Origin: a virus
Taxonomy: Duplodnaviria; Caudoviricetes
IMG/VR virus record: IMGVR_UViG_3300033121_002140
Coordinates: 1 to 64,000 of that record
Direction: 5' to 3' (one strand)
DNA: 64,000 nucleotides
Position numbers and translations under genes: made by a program. The notes beneath the pieces are model-generated. The model saw only the letters and a program-made list of their open reading frames with translations, was not told the origin of the DNA and did no database searches. Of this stretch, positions 1 through 8,670 are shown piece by piece (the first letter of the stretch is position 1; every line of letters begins with the position of its first letter).

Positions 1-55
1 TCATGCCCCTACGGGCCAGGACCAGCGACAGCGGCGGCAGCTCCCTCTTTCTCAT
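1..55 (-). CDS. hypothetical protein, 5' part (runs off left edge)
   Basis: ATG at 55 (MRKRELPPLSLVLARRGM...) 5 nt downstream of an ATACCTA motif; not in ORF track. Confidence 0.5.
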   Translation of the reverse strand, partial: MRKRELPPLSLVLARRGM

Positions 56-60
56 GCGGG

Positions 61-67
61 TAGGTAT
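61..67 (-). promoter_or_regulatory. putative late-promoter motif ATACCTA (one of about 16 copies)
   Basis: AT-rich 7-mer recurring mostly 4-8 nt upstream of start codons across the window. Confidence 0.6.
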
Positions 68-161
68 GGGGCCGGACCACCGATGGACGGCCACAGCGCG
101 ACCTGGTCGGGCACGTGGCTGGGCCCGACCAGCCTGTGCACCGCGCCGGGCACAGGGACGC

Positions 162-464
162 TCACGGCACGCTCGCCCGGCGCCGGAGCTCGATCCGCTG
201 CAGCAGGTCCAGCACGCCTGCCTGGAAGGCGGGCGAGCGCGCCATCTCCTCGGCCCGGTCCTGGCCGCCCTCCAGGCCCAGGGCCCGCATGAACGCGGTC
301 GCGAACCGCGCCATGATCCTGAGGACGTGGTTGCGCGCGGAGCTGTGGTTCATGGGATGGCCCATCGCCGTCATGACGGCCGCGATGTCGCGGTAGTTGT
401 CGCCGTCGTCCTGTGCCACGGTCGCGTAGCCCCGCTCGATCTTCTGTCCCTTGCTCAGAGCCAT
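162..464 (-). CDS. hypothetical protein, possible HTH, downstream of sigma gene
   Basis: natural-looking 100 aa sequence; YRDIAAVMTAMGHPMNHSSARNHVLR resembles an HTH. Confidence 0.7.
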   Translation of the reverse strand: MALSKGQKIERGYATVAQDDGDNYRDIAAVMTAMGHPMNHSSARNHVLRIMARFATAFMRALGLEGGQDRAEEMARSPAFQAGVLDLLQRIELRRRASVP

Positions 465-467
465 CTC

Positions 468-704
468 TCACCTCGTTCCATGCCGCCGCGCGCGGTCCTG
501 GGCCGGCTCGGTCGTCCATCCTTGGTTCAACCACAGCATCCGGGCGCCCACCAGGCCCAGGAACCAACCGCTGCTGACGGGCGTCCGCAGCACCAGGCAG
601 GGCCACCGGCGGTCGGCCCGGCCCACCAGGTCGTCGTTGTGGAGCGAGCCGTAGAACGGGCACGACACCATGGTCACGACCAGGTCACCCGGCCGCAGCA
701 GCAT
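468..704 (-). CDS. small SH3/KOW-like paralog-family protein
   Basis: LRPGDLV...CLVL...FLGLVG pattern. Confidence 0.65.
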   Translation of the reverse strand: MLLRPGDLVVTMVSCPFYGSLHNDDLVGRADRRWPCLVLRTPVSSGWFLGLVGARMLWLNQGWTTEPAQDRARRHGTR

Positions 705-948
705 CCGGCCGACCTCCCCTCACGCGCATGGGCACCGAGAAGCGCTCGGTCTGGAACCGCCTGAGGTCGCCCATCAGGCGGTCGCCCGCGCCCCCGTCGC
801 CCGGGGCCTGGGACCGGGCCCGCCCGGGCCGTTCTGTGAGGAGACGCCGGATCCGGCGGGCGGTCCCCAGGGCCAGCGCCGCCGACACGGCGGAGAAGAC
901 CGCGGCCAGCGCCGAGGCGACCGCGCAGGCGAGCACGAGCCCGCTCAC
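685..948 (-). CDS. membrane-anchored hypothetical protein
   Basis: GTG at 948 overlaps upstream stop (GTGA); N-terminal hydrophobic helix. Confidence 0.6.
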   Translation of the reverse strand: MSGLVLACAVASALAAVFSAVSAALALGTARRIRRLLTERPGRARSQAPGDGGAGDRLMGDLRRFQTERFSVPMRVRGGRPDAAAAG

Positions 949-1142
949 GCGGGCACCGGGTGCTGGGGCCCGCCCGGGGTTAGCAGGACCAGGGCGAACA
1001 GGACCAGGCCCGCGGCGCCGGTCGCGACCACCCAGCCCATGGACCAGGCCGTGCCTGCGACGACCAGGGTGCCCAGGACGGCCGGCCCGCCCACGGGATC
1101 GCGCAGGAACGCGACGAGCCTCGAGAAAAACCACGCGATCAT
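945..1142 (-). CDS. small two-TM membrane protein
   Basis: two hydrophobic segments; ATGA overlap with sigma gene stop. Confidence 0.65.
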   Translation of the reverse strand: MIAWFFSRLVAFLRDPVGGPAVLGTLVVAGTAWSMGWVVATGAAGLVLFALVLLTPGGPQHPVPA

Positions 1143-2206
1143 CGTGCCTCCTCCTCCTCCGCGAGGTCTCCCTCGATCTCGGCCAGGTCCGCCTCGGACG
1201 GGCCGCCCGGTCCCATCCCGACCCCGGCCCGGGGCGCGTCGTCCTCCAGGCCCCGGCCCTCGATCAGGCCCTGCAGCTCCGGGCCCGTGATCGGGTACGC
1301 GGCCTCGTCGTGCTCGTCCGCGACCAGGCCGAAGCGCAGCCGCAGCACCGCGTGCTCGCGCGGGCTCAGCTCCTCCAGCACGTCCTGGGCCACGCCCAGG
1401 AGCTCCAGCTCGGCCGCGGCCTCGAACGGGTCGGCCGACGGGTCGGCCACGCTGTCGGCCACGGTCCGGCCCCGGTCCCCGTCCTGGCCGGGCGCCCGGT
1501 CGTCCAGGGAGACCACGCCCCGTCCGGCGTGCAGGGTGGCGCGTGCCACGGTCTCGGAGACGCCCGCCTCGCGGGCCAGCTCCTCACGGTCGGGCACGTG
1601 CTCGCCCCGCTCCCGGCGCCTGTCGGCCGCCTCGATCAGGAGGCGCTGCGCGGCAGCCGCGTGCGCGGGCATCCGGACGTCGCGGCGGTGGTCAGTGACG
1701 TGCCGGTTGATGGCCTGCCGGATCCACCAGGTCGCGTAGGTGCTGAAGCGGAAGCCGCGCTGCCACTCGAAGCGCTCCACCGCGGTCAGCAGGCCGATGT
1801 TGCCCTCCTGCACCAGGTCCAGGAGCTTGACCCCGGGCCGGACCCGCTTCTTCGCGATGGAGACCACGAGGCGCAGGTTGGACTGCGCGATCTCGCTCGT
1901 GACGCGCCTGATCCGCGGGTCGGCCCGGCGCCGTCTCCAGACCGGGTCGGCGCCCGCCTCCCAGGCCTCGTCGTACTCCTTGAGCCGGCGCCGGGCGGCC
2001 TCGCGCTGGGCGCGGTCGGCGGCCCGGTCGCGCGCGGACTCGAGGTCGGCGGCCGGGGGCTCGTAGGCCGGGAGCGGGTACCGCCCGTACTCGGCCTGGA
2101 GCGCGCGGAAGCGGTCCATGAGCCGCTCGTGGGGCAGGATGGGGGTCCTGCCGATCTGCTGCAGGTATGCGGCCTCGGCCGACCTGCCGCCGTCGGTTCG
2201 TCCCAT
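1139..2206 (-). CDS. RNA polymerase sigma-70 family (RpoD/RpoS-like) sigma factor
   Basis: region 1.2 [11 protein letters not shown]; region 2 [12 protein letters not shown] and [17 protein letters not shown]; 2.4 [13 protein letters not shown]; region 4 [15 protein letters not shown]; start moved to ATG 2206. Confidence 0.95.
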   Translation of the reverse strand: MGRTDGGRSAEAAYLQQIGRTPILPHERLMDRFRALQAEYGRYPLPAYEPPAADLESARDRAADRAQREAARRRLKEYDEAWEAGADPVWRRRRADPRIRRVTSEIAQSNLRLVVSIAKKRVRPGVKLLDLVQEGNIGLLTAVERFEWQRGFRFSTYATWWIRQAINRHVTDHRRDVRMPAHAAAAQRLLIEAADRRRERGEHVPDREELAREAGVSETVARATLHAGRGVVSLDDRAPGQDGDRGRTVADSVADPSADPFEAAAELELLGVAQDVLEELSPREHAVLRLRFGLVADEHDEAAYPITGPELQGLIEGRGLEDDAPRAGVGMGPGGPSEADLAEIEGDLAEEEEAR

Positions 2207-2288
2207 GCGGTCGTGCGTCCTTCCGGGCCCCGGGGGAGGATGGGACCCATGGGCCCAGAGTACATCGGCCGGGGCGGCCGATACACCC

Positions 2289-2513
2289 TCAGGTCCGGGC
2301 CACCATGGCCCATCCGGGCCTTCCGACCCTGGGCAGCAGGAGCGCCCAGGCGCGCTCCTGCCCGACGGCATCGACGACCGCGAGCACCAGGCACGGGGTC
2401 CTGGGCAGGACCCAGCCCAGGACGAAGGACGCGTCGTCGTCGGCCATGGCAGGCCTGGGCAGCGCGTGCAGCGGCGCCCCGCGCAGGACCACGACGGATC
2501 CAGGACCGATCAC
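2289..2513 (-). CDS. small SH3/KOW-like paralog-family protein
   Basis: IGPGSVV...CLVLAVV...WALLL...PGW; GTGA overlap at 2513. Confidence 0.7.
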   Translation of the reverse strand: MIGPGSVVVLRGAPLHALPRPAMADDDASFVLGWVLPRTPCLVLAVVDAVGQERAWALLLPRVGRPGWAMVART

Positions 2514-2737
2514 GGCAGCATGGCCCATCCAGGCGTGCCCGCGCGGGGCAGCACCAACGCCCAGACGCGGCGCAGCGCCTGGGCCGGATCGGCCTCGGCC
2601 GCGGCCAGGACCAGCACGCGCTGGCCCGGGCGCACCGTGCCCAGCACCCTACGGTCGTCGCCGTGCGTCCAGCGACGGTCGTACAGGCACAAGGAGAACG
2701 AGCCGAGCACCGCGTGCAGCCTGCCCGGGACGATCAT
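2510..2737 (-). CDS. small SH3/KOW-like paralog-family protein
   Basis: IVPGRL...VLVLAA...WALVL...PGW; ATGA overlap. Confidence 0.7.
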   Translation of the reverse strand: MIVPGRLHAVLGSFSLCLYDRRWTHGDDRRVLGTVRPGQRVLVLAAAEADPAQALRRVWALVLPRAGTPGWAMLP

Positions 2738-3027
2738 GGCCGCGCCTCCCTGAGGTTGCTGGCCAGGACCCAGCCCGCCGCGCCCGAGGGCAGCAGCACC
2801 AGGCACCATGCCGTGACGTTCCATGCCTGCGCGCGGGAGGGCATGGTCGGGTCCTGGCCAGGATCGACTTCGACCAGGCAGGAAGACAGGACCAGGCCGG
2901 GCTCCCGGTCGTGCTCCAGGCCGAGCCAGCCCAGGACGCCGTCGATCGGATGAGGGCTGTAGGCCGCGGCGACCGAGGAGTAGGCGGGCGCCCCTCCCCC
3001 CCGGCACGCGGTGCCCGGGGCGATCAC
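2734..3027 (-). CDS. small SH3/KOW-like paralog-family protein
   Basis: IAPGT...GLVLSS...WCLVLLPSGAAGW. Confidence 0.7.
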   Translation of the reverse strand: MIAPGTACRGGGAPAYSSVAAAYSPHPIDGVLGWLGLEHDREPGLVLSSCLVEVDPGQDPTMPSRAQAWNVTAWCLVLLPSGAAGWVLASNLREARP

Positions 3028-3236
3028 AGCTCACCCATGCCGATCCAGCCGCAGGTCCCGCCCGAGGCCACCAGGCCGCACCACACGCCGCGGTCCCAGA
3101 CGACCGCCAGCACCAGGGCCGGACCGCTCACGACGCGGCAGAGACCGACGAGGCGCGGCGACGTGCTGCCTGCGTCGTACACGAACCTGGTCCGGTCGGG
3201 CAGCACCCGGCCCGGCTCACACGGGGGCGCGCTCAT
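3024..3236 (-). CDS. small SH3/KOW-like paralog-family protein
   Basis: PPCEPGRVL...ALVLAVV...WCGLVASGGTCGW; ATGA overlap. Confidence 0.7.
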   Translation of the reverse strand: MSAPPCEPGRVLPDRTRFVYDAGSTSPRLVGLCRVVSGPALVLAVVWDRGVWCGLVASGGTCGWIGMGEL

Positions 3237-3433
3237 GAGCGCCCCATGGGGGTCCATCCCCATGTCCTGTCGGAGGCGACGAAGGCCCACCAGGCCCCGT
3301 CATCGTGCACGAGCGCCAGCACCAGCAGCGCGCTCTCCTCGAGGCGGTACCTGTTGTCGCGGCGCAGGCCGACCGACAGGAACCTGGACCGGGGGGGCAG
3401 GACCTCCCCGGGGTTGCAGGGCGGCCGGGTCAC
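3233..3433 (-). CDS. small SH3/KOW-like paralog-family protein
   Basis: PPCNPGEVL...LLVLALV...WAFVASDRTWGW; GTGA overlap. Confidence 0.7.
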   Translation of the reverse strand: MTRPPCNPGEVLPPRSRFLSVGLRRDNRYRLEESALLVLALVHDDGAWWAFVASDRTWGWTPMGRS

Positions 3434-3663
3434 GGGCCACCCGGCCTGGGGCGCATCGCGTCGACGTGGTCGCGCAGCTCGGCGTCGCGGTTGAGCTGGA
3501 TCTCGTGCGCCCGGTCGGCGTGCACGGGCTCGACCACGCCCTGCAGCCTGAAGACGTCGATGGACCCACGACCGAACGTGTCGTACCATCGGTCCGCGCC
3601 CGAGCCCGGAAAAGCGCCGCAGCGTTTCCAGCCGCGTGCGGTGAGGTAGGTGGTGACGTCCAT
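3430..3663 (-). CDS. hypothetical protein
   Basis: 77 aa; TAGGGT -10-like box 6 nt upstream of ATG. Confidence 0.7.
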   Translation of the reverse strand: MDVTTYLTARGWKRCGAFPGSGADRWYDTFGRGSIDVFRLQGVVEPVHADRAHEIQLNRDAELRDHVDAMRPRPGGP

Positions 3664-3669
3664 GCTCGG

Positions 3670-3895
3670 ACCCTACCACTTTCACGGCACCGAACAACAC
3701 GGCACCGTGCGCATGGGACCGGGATGGCCCCAGAGCGGGGCGCCGCTCCCGGCCCACTGGGACCTCATACGGCATCGAATGTCTGGAATTGCCCTGGCGG
3801 GCGAGGAACGCAATCGCAGCGCGTCACGGGAGACCGCGTGCGGAAGTCAGCACGCGCGGGTGCAGGGGGGCAAGGCGAGTGTCACGGCGCCGAAA
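3670..3895 (-). promoter_or_regulatory. promoter region with three YACGGCRYCGAA boxes and a GTGGTAGGGT extended -10
   Basis: boxes at 3683-3695, 3768-3780, 3883-3895; -10 at 3670-3675. Confidence 0.5.
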
Positions 3896-4045
3896 GTTTC
3901 GGGCAAGAGTCGCGATCATGCGTGCTGAGGCACCTTTTTCCCCTCCCGTCCCTTGGCGCCCGTTTTTGGGCCCTGCCCGACCTCCCCCACGACCCGCCCG
4001 GGATGGACCCGTGTCCCCTCGCTCGTGCCCGGAGCGCCGCTGCTA

Positions 4046-4777
4046 CTACTTCCGGTGGCAGGTCAGGCTGCCCGGGGTGCAGCACATGCCGCCGTGGTCG
4101 CAGTTGTTGCCGTACCTGTCGTGCATTTCCACCTCGCAGTTCTCGGCCAGGAACCATCGGGCGTCCTCCTCGTCGTCCGCCCACACCTCCTCGCCCGAGT
4201 AGCTGCAGCCGTCCACCTCCGACTTCTCGTTCACGCAGGTGACGCCGCCGTTGCAGTAGTAGGTGGCGGCCAGGGTCGGCGGGTGCTGGACCGGCTGCGT
4301 CCCGCACGTGATCTCGTGCGGGTGGCACGAGTAGTCGGGATACAGGGCCGCGCACTCCGCCACCAGCTTCTCGGTGGCCTGGGCCTGGCTGGCCTCGGTC
4401 CGCCTGACGTTGACGTAGTGGCACCCCTTCGCGCCCGGGGCGCCGTCCTTGGGAAAGCAGACGGTGTTGCCGTTGCAGAACAGCAGCTTGCCTTCCGTGG
4501 CGTTGCACGGGTCGGCCCCGTCCTCCTCGACGCCCTGGGGCCCGGGCCCCTCCGGGGCGTCGCCCAGCCCGCCTTGGCCCACGATGACCCCGCCCGCGCC
4601 CGTCGTGCCCACGGAGCCGCCCTGGCCCGGGGCCCAGCACGCCCCGTCGGTCCGGTTGCAGCCCACGAGCCCGGCCGTCGCCGTCATTGCCATGATCGTC
4701 AGGGCCAGGAGGCCCCTCGTGATCGTCCTCGAGACGTGCCGGTCCGCCCGGCCCGATGCTGTCACGTCGCTGTGCAT
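4046..4777 (-). CDS. Cys-rich lipoprotein, myxobacterial style
   Basis: lipobox LVG-C, Gly/Thr-rich linker, many Cys; GAGGAG RBS before ATG 4777. Confidence 0.8.
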   Translation of the reverse strand: MHSDVTASGRADRHVSRTITRGLLALTIMAMTATAGLVGCNRTDGACWAPGQGGSVGTTGAGGVIVGQGGLGDAPEGPGPQGVEEDGADPCNATEGKLLFCNGNTVCFPKDGAPGAKGCHYVNVRRTEASQAQATEKLVAECAALYPDYSCHPHEITCGTQPVQHPPTLAATYYCNGGVTCVNEKSEVDGCSYSGEEVWADDEEDARWFLAENCEVEMHDRYGNNCDHGGMCCTPGSLTCHRK

Positions 4778-4915
4778 GCTCTTCTCCTCTCCTTCTTCGT
4801 CTCGTCCGCCGCCGCCCGGTCGTCGGGCGGCGGCGGACCGCGTCGATCTTGCTGCCAGCTGCCCTCTTCTTCTTTCTCCTCCTCTCCCCACCTCACCTCC
4901 CGGCCCCGGGAGGGC

Positions 4916-5470
4916 TCAGCGTGCCCACCTGAGGCTGGGGCCCACCACCACGGTGGCCGCGACGCTGCCCGGCAGCACCAGGCTGTCGCCCCCGTACCAG
5001 CCCAGGTACCCGGTCACGGAGACCCCGAAGTTGTCGAGCGGATAGTAGCTGACCCGCGCCCGGCCGCCCGGGGCCACCCCCATCACCTGACCGCACAGGG
5101 TGGTGCCGCACGCGGGCAGCCAGTATCCCGACACGCTCGCGGCCGCGTCGATGCTGACCGTGGGCCAGGAGTAGCCCACGCCCACCGAGAACCTGTTGTC
5201 GAGCCCGAACCTGCCCGGGCCCGGGAACAGCACCAGGTCGTCCTGCAGCACCAGGTTGAGCCCGTCCCGGGCGCCCAGCCTCACGGCCAGGCCGGGAGCC
5301 ACCGCGAACAGGGTCGAGGTGCCCACCTGGAACGCGCCGAAGGACGCCGTGCCCGCGATCTCAAACGCGTGGACGGGCGGCCCCGTCCACGACATGATCG
5401 CGGCCGCCACCAGCGCGGGCACCAGGCCTCGTCCTGCCCGCGTCTTTCTCGGCCCCGTGGTCCTCCTCAT
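4916..5470 (-). CDS. secreted outer-membrane beta-barrel-like protein
   Basis: signal peptide ending VHA-F; alternating amphipathic strands; C-terminal aromatic (LRW). Confidence 0.7.
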   Translation of the reverse strand: MRRTTGPRKTRAGRGLVPALVAAAIMSWTGPPVHAFEIAGTASFGAFQVGTSTLFAVAPGLAVRLGARDGLNLVLQDDLVLFPGPGRFGLDNRFSVGVGYSWPTVSIDAAASVSGYWLPACGTTLCGQVMGVAPGGRARVSYYPLDNFGVSVTGYLGWYGGDSLVLPGSVAATVVVGPSLRWAR

Positions 5471-5596
5471 CGTGCTTGCCTCTTCCTTTCCTCCGGCGCC
5501 GCGCCCTCTCGTGGAGAGACGGCGGCGACGATAGACCGACATCATACGGCACCCGCGCCCAGGACTACATCCCGCCGCGGTCTCTGCGGGCGCGGC

Positions 5597-6085
5597 TCAC
5601 GTCCAAGGCGTGCCGTCGCCCCGGTCGGTCGTGCCCCCGGGCGCCTCGGCCGCCGCGAGCCGCGCCCGGAGCGCGCGGGCCTCGGCCTCGGCCGTCTCGG
5701 CGGCGCGGCGCAGCCTGCGGACCGCACGGTCCGGCGCGCTCGGGTGGTTCACGTCCTGCGCCCGGCACAGCCCGGTCAGGGTCGCGCGGCGTGCCCCGTC
5801 CTCCGACTCGATCCCCTCCAGGTCCTCGCCCTCCGCGCCCAGGGTCCGCAGGGCCGTGCCGCGACGTCCCCGTCCGGGCCCGTCGCCGGGCCCGAGCCCG
5901 AGGACCCACCGGGCCCGGTCCAGCAGGGCCGTGCCCCGGGGCTCGCGGAGGCACAGGCGCTCCCCCGTGCCGTCGGCCTCGAAGACCATGAACCACCTGC
6001 ACTCCGCCTCGTCGAACCCGGTGCCCAGCACCGTGCACGGGATCCTGCGCGCGGGGGGCGTCGAAACAGCCGCTGTCGTCGTCAT
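5597..6085 (-). CDS. hypothetical protein with C-terminal coiled coil
   Basis: TACGAT -10 box 6 nt upstream of ATG 6085. Confidence 0.65.
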   Translation of the reverse strand: MTTTAAVSTPPARRIPCTVLGTGFDEAECRWFMVFEADGTGERLCLREPRGTALLDRARWVLGLGPGDGPGRGRRGTALRTLGAEGEDLEGIESEDGARRATLTGLCRAQDVNHPSAPDRAVRRLRRAAETAEAEARALRARLAAAEAPGGTTDRGDGTPWT

Positions 6086-6426
6086 GCCCGGATCGTACCG
6101 TCCTCGGCCCGCGCACGACATCGGGCCGGGTCGACCAGGTACATGGGCAGGGTCGTGGCGGCCGGATCCCGGGCCGGGTCCACGTAGGTCCACCCGGCCC
6201 GGCCGTCGGTATCGAGCACCAGCAGGTCGTCGTACCCATGCGGATCAGCCAGGCGTGCCAGCACGATGAACCGGACAGGCCCGTCCATGTACCGCGGGCG
6301 CCACGGCGCCGACCCAGGCCCGGTCCAACCCGCGCGGACGGGCCACAGCTCCGCCTTGAAGGCCTCCGTCAGCAGCACGGTCCTGCCCGGTGCGATGTCG
6401 GGCTGGGTCATCGTCGCCTTCGTCAT
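6082..6426 (-). CDS. small SH3/KOW-like paralog-family protein
   Basis: IAPGRTV...FIVLAR...LLVLDTDGRAGW. Confidence 0.7.
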   Translation of the reverse strand: MTKATMTQPDIAPGRTVLLTEAFKAELWPVRAGWTGPGSAPWRPRYMDGPVRFIVLARLADPHGYDDLLVLDTDGRAGWTYVDPARDPAATTLPMYLVDPARCRARAEDGTIRA

Positions 6427-6695
6427 CTCCGCGCTCCTGTCACCACGCGCCTCAGCTCCACCACCGTCCAGCCCAGGGCGCCAGACGCGGTCAGGACCAA
6501 CGCGTCGGTCCAGCTCCACCCACCCGTGGCAGGCACGACCGCGAGCACCAGCATGGGCTCGTTCGGGGCCACCCTGGGCCCCCGCCTGACCCTGTCACGG
6601 TCCAGCGCCAGGCGCCAGCCCCCAAGGCGCGCGGTCCTGGCCGTGACGCCCGGCCGCAGGGTGGACGATCCGTCAGCCGCCGCTGTCGTCGTCAT
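6423..6695 (-). CDS. small SH3/KOW-like paralog-family protein
   Basis: LRPGVT...MLVLAVV...ALVLTASGALGW. Confidence 0.75.
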   Translation of the reverse strand: MTTTAAADGSSTLRPGVTARTARLGGWRLALDRDRVRRGPRVAPNEPMLVLAVVPATGGWSWTDALVLTASGALGWTVVELRRVVTGARR

Positions 6696-6924
6696 CGTGC
6701 TCGTCCTCCCAGGCCCACAGCGGTGACGCCACCCCGGGCAGCAGCACGACCATCGCCCGCTCCGCGCGGGGGCCCGTGTCGAGCCTGCATGCCAGGACCA
6801 GCGTGGGCAGACCCTGCCCGTCTGGGCGGCCCCTCTGCGCGCGCATGTCGTCCCAGGGCACGCGCCATGTCCTGACGGGCGTCGGGTGCTGGAACACGCG
6901 GCCCGGCATGGGCGTCAGTCGCAT
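6673..6924 (-). CDS. small SH3/KOW-like paralog-family protein
   Basis: PMPGRV...TLVLAC...MVVLL; GGAG RBS. Confidence 0.7.
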   Translation of the reverse strand: MRLTPMPGRVFQHPTPVRTWRVPWDDMRAQRGRPDGQGLPTLVLACRLDTGPRAERAMVVLLPGVASPLWAWEDEHDDDDSGG

Positions 6925-7169
6925 CGTGCGTCTCCTTGGGTCCAGGACCCGGACCAGTACCAGCCTAGCTGGCCACGCGTGCCCAACAGCAGCATGTTGG
7001 GCACGGGCCCGTCCTCGCGGTGCACGCATAGCACCATGAAGAGCTCGGACCGCGGACCCATCACGGGCGTGAGCTGGTGCGTGCCCCTGTAGGCCTCACG
7101 GCGCAGCATCAGGTTGAACTGCACGCCGGACGGCGAGCTGATCACGGCACCCGGCACGATCGGCCTCAC
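6915..7169 (-). CDS. small SH3/KOW-like paralog-family protein
   Basis: IVPGAV...FMVLCV...MLLLGTRGQLGW; GTGA overlap. Confidence 0.7.
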   Translation of the reverse strand: MRPIVPGAVISSPSGVQFNLMLRREAYRGTHQLTPVMGPRSELFMVLCVHREDGPVPNMLLLGTRGQLGWYWSGSWTQGDARCD

Positions 7170-7456
7170 GTCCCGCTCCCTCCCTGGACCGCCTGCCAGG
7201 CCGCGTCGTCGGACCAGGTCCACCCGCACCCCCCGCCCTGCGTCAGCACCAGGGCATCGGGCTTGACGCCGCCGGGCTCGACCACGGCCAGCACCAGGAC
7301 TCGGACGCTGGATCCGAGCCTGGGTCCCCACCTGACCTCGCCGCCGTTGCTCGGAGGATCGCGCGCGAGCAATAGTCCAAACGACAGGGCCCCGAAAGGA
7401 AGGGTGCGCAGCACCGTGCCCGGGACGACCGCGCCCGGGTGCGCCGGCCTAGGCAC
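7166..7456 (-). CDS. small SH3/KOW-like paralog-family protein
   Basis: VVPGTV...VLVLAVV...ALVLTQGGGCGW; start uncertain. Confidence 0.7.
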   Translation of the reverse strand: MPRPAHPGAVVPGTVLRTLPFGALSFGLLLARDPPSNGGEVRWGPRLGSSVRVLVLAVVEPGGVKPDALVLTQGGGCGWTWSDDAAWQAVQGGSGT

Positions 7457-7685
7457 GGTCGCACCGTCCGAGCTCGCGCCAGTTCTCCGGGAGGCGGCCC
7501 GTCCTGAAGACCCTGCTCGAGCCTGGGCGCAGCTCACCTGTGCTGCGTAGGCCCGTGTCTCCGGAGACGGACCACAGCAGCAGCATGACCCGCGTGCCTA
7601 TGCCCTGGGCGCGGGCGTACAGGCGGCCCGGGGACATCGCCGTGAGGTACGTCCCGTCGCCCGTCTTCTTTCCCGCCCGGGTCAT
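7449..7685 (-). CDS. hypothetical protein
   Basis: fills gap in the operon with ATGA overlap. Confidence 0.5.
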   Translation of the reverse strand: MTRAGKKTGDGTYLTAMSPGRLYARAQGIGTRVMLLLWSVSGDTGLRSTGELRPGSSRVFRTGRLPENWRELGRCDRA

Positions 7686-8566
7686 CGGGCTCCCTTCCGC
7701 GCCTGACGCTCCGAGCGGCGCTGCGCCTTTTCCGCGTCGATCACGGCCTGGTCCCTGTTCTTGGAGCCCTTGGGCCGCCCACGCTTCACCTCGCCCCGCG
7801 CCCTGCGCTCCTCGTGCAGGCGCTGGCGCTCCAGCTCCTCGGCCGTGCGCTGGCGCCGCGGCCGGCCCACCTTGCGCTTCGCGACCACGCCGGTGCCCGC
7901 GGCCTGCACGCGGTCCTCCATGCCCTTGGCCTGCTGCAGCAGGCGCATGGCCTCAGTCGAGTCCTCCGGATCGCCCGTCTCGAGCAGGGGCATGGCCCGG
8001 GCCATCAGCTCCTGCTGCGCCTCCCAGATCCGGCGACCAGGCCACCTGACATGCGCGGGATCGTGCGTGGCCAGGGAGAAGCAGCAGTGCTGCTTCCGGT
8101 CCACATCGCGCACTGACACCACGCCGTCCTCGTCCACGCCCGTGATCCGTCCCTTCACGGTCTTCAGGTACGGGCGTCCAGGCAGGACCTCGGCCGAGGC
8201 ATGCACGTTGTAGACCACAACCTGTCCCACGGGCGCGGCTAGCGTCCGGGTCCCGTCGGGAGCCACGTCGACCGCGCCCGGGTACCGGGACAGGTCGGGC
8301 GCCACCGCGGGTTTCCGGTGCAGGAGCTTGAGGGCATACGCGTTGGCGCCCCCGCCCTCGCCCCCGCGTGCGGGGGCGCCGTCGTCGCGCTCGTCCTCCT
8401 GCACGTCTCGGCCCTGTCGGCCCAGCTCGGGCACCGGGTCAGGCTCGGCCTCGACCTCTGCGGCGCGGGCCCGCATGGCCGCGTACCCGGGCGCGGCCAG
8501 GACCGGGTCGCTGTCGGCACCGTCCTGCGCGGCGGGCGCCCCGTCCGTGTCCGTCGTCGTCATCAT
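7682..8566 (-). CDS. putative DNA-binding protein with C-terminal AT-hooks
   Basis: KRKVGRPRR and KRGRPKGSKNR motifs; acidic N-terminus; TAGTAC -10 box close to ATG. Confidence 0.75.
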   Translation of the reverse strand: MMTTTDTDGAPAAQDGADSDPVLAAPGYAAMRARAAEVEAEPDPVPELGRQGRDVQEDERDDGAPARGGEGGGANAYALKLLHRKPAVAPDLSRYPGAVDVAPDGTRTLAAPVGQVVVYNVHASAEVLPGRPYLKTVKGRITGVDEDGVVSVRDVDRKQHCCFSLATHDPAHVRWPGRRIWEAQQELMARAMPLLETGDPEDSTEAMRLLQQAKGMEDRVQAAGTGVVAKRKVGRPRRQRTAEELERQRLHEERRARGEVKRGRPKGSKNRDQAVIDAEKAQRRSERQARKGAR

Positions 8567-8670
8567 GGTCCAGTACTACCCCAGCCGGGTCCTGCTTGAC
8601 ACACGACCGAGGCTAGTTTTTTTCGAAAAAACCTGTGTAGTGTCTCCATTGCGTAAGTTATGAGTGTTTT
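8567..8670. promoter_or_regulatory. divergent promoter region with AT-rich palindrome TTTTTCGAAAAA
   Basis: strand switch; TTGACA at 8596-8601; palindrome at 8619-8630. Confidence 0.5.

Noticed and set aside
4778-4915. Purine/pyrimidine-skewed tract as an ORF extension or ncRNA
   Set aside because: No stable structure or family resemblance seen; treated as the 5' leader of the lipoprotein gene.
728-6187. Very long + strand ORFs (728-2953, 2167-4242, 3953-6187)
   Set aside because: Arg/Pro/Gly/Ala-rich shadow frames antisense to well-supported - strand genes; expected in DNA this GC-rich.
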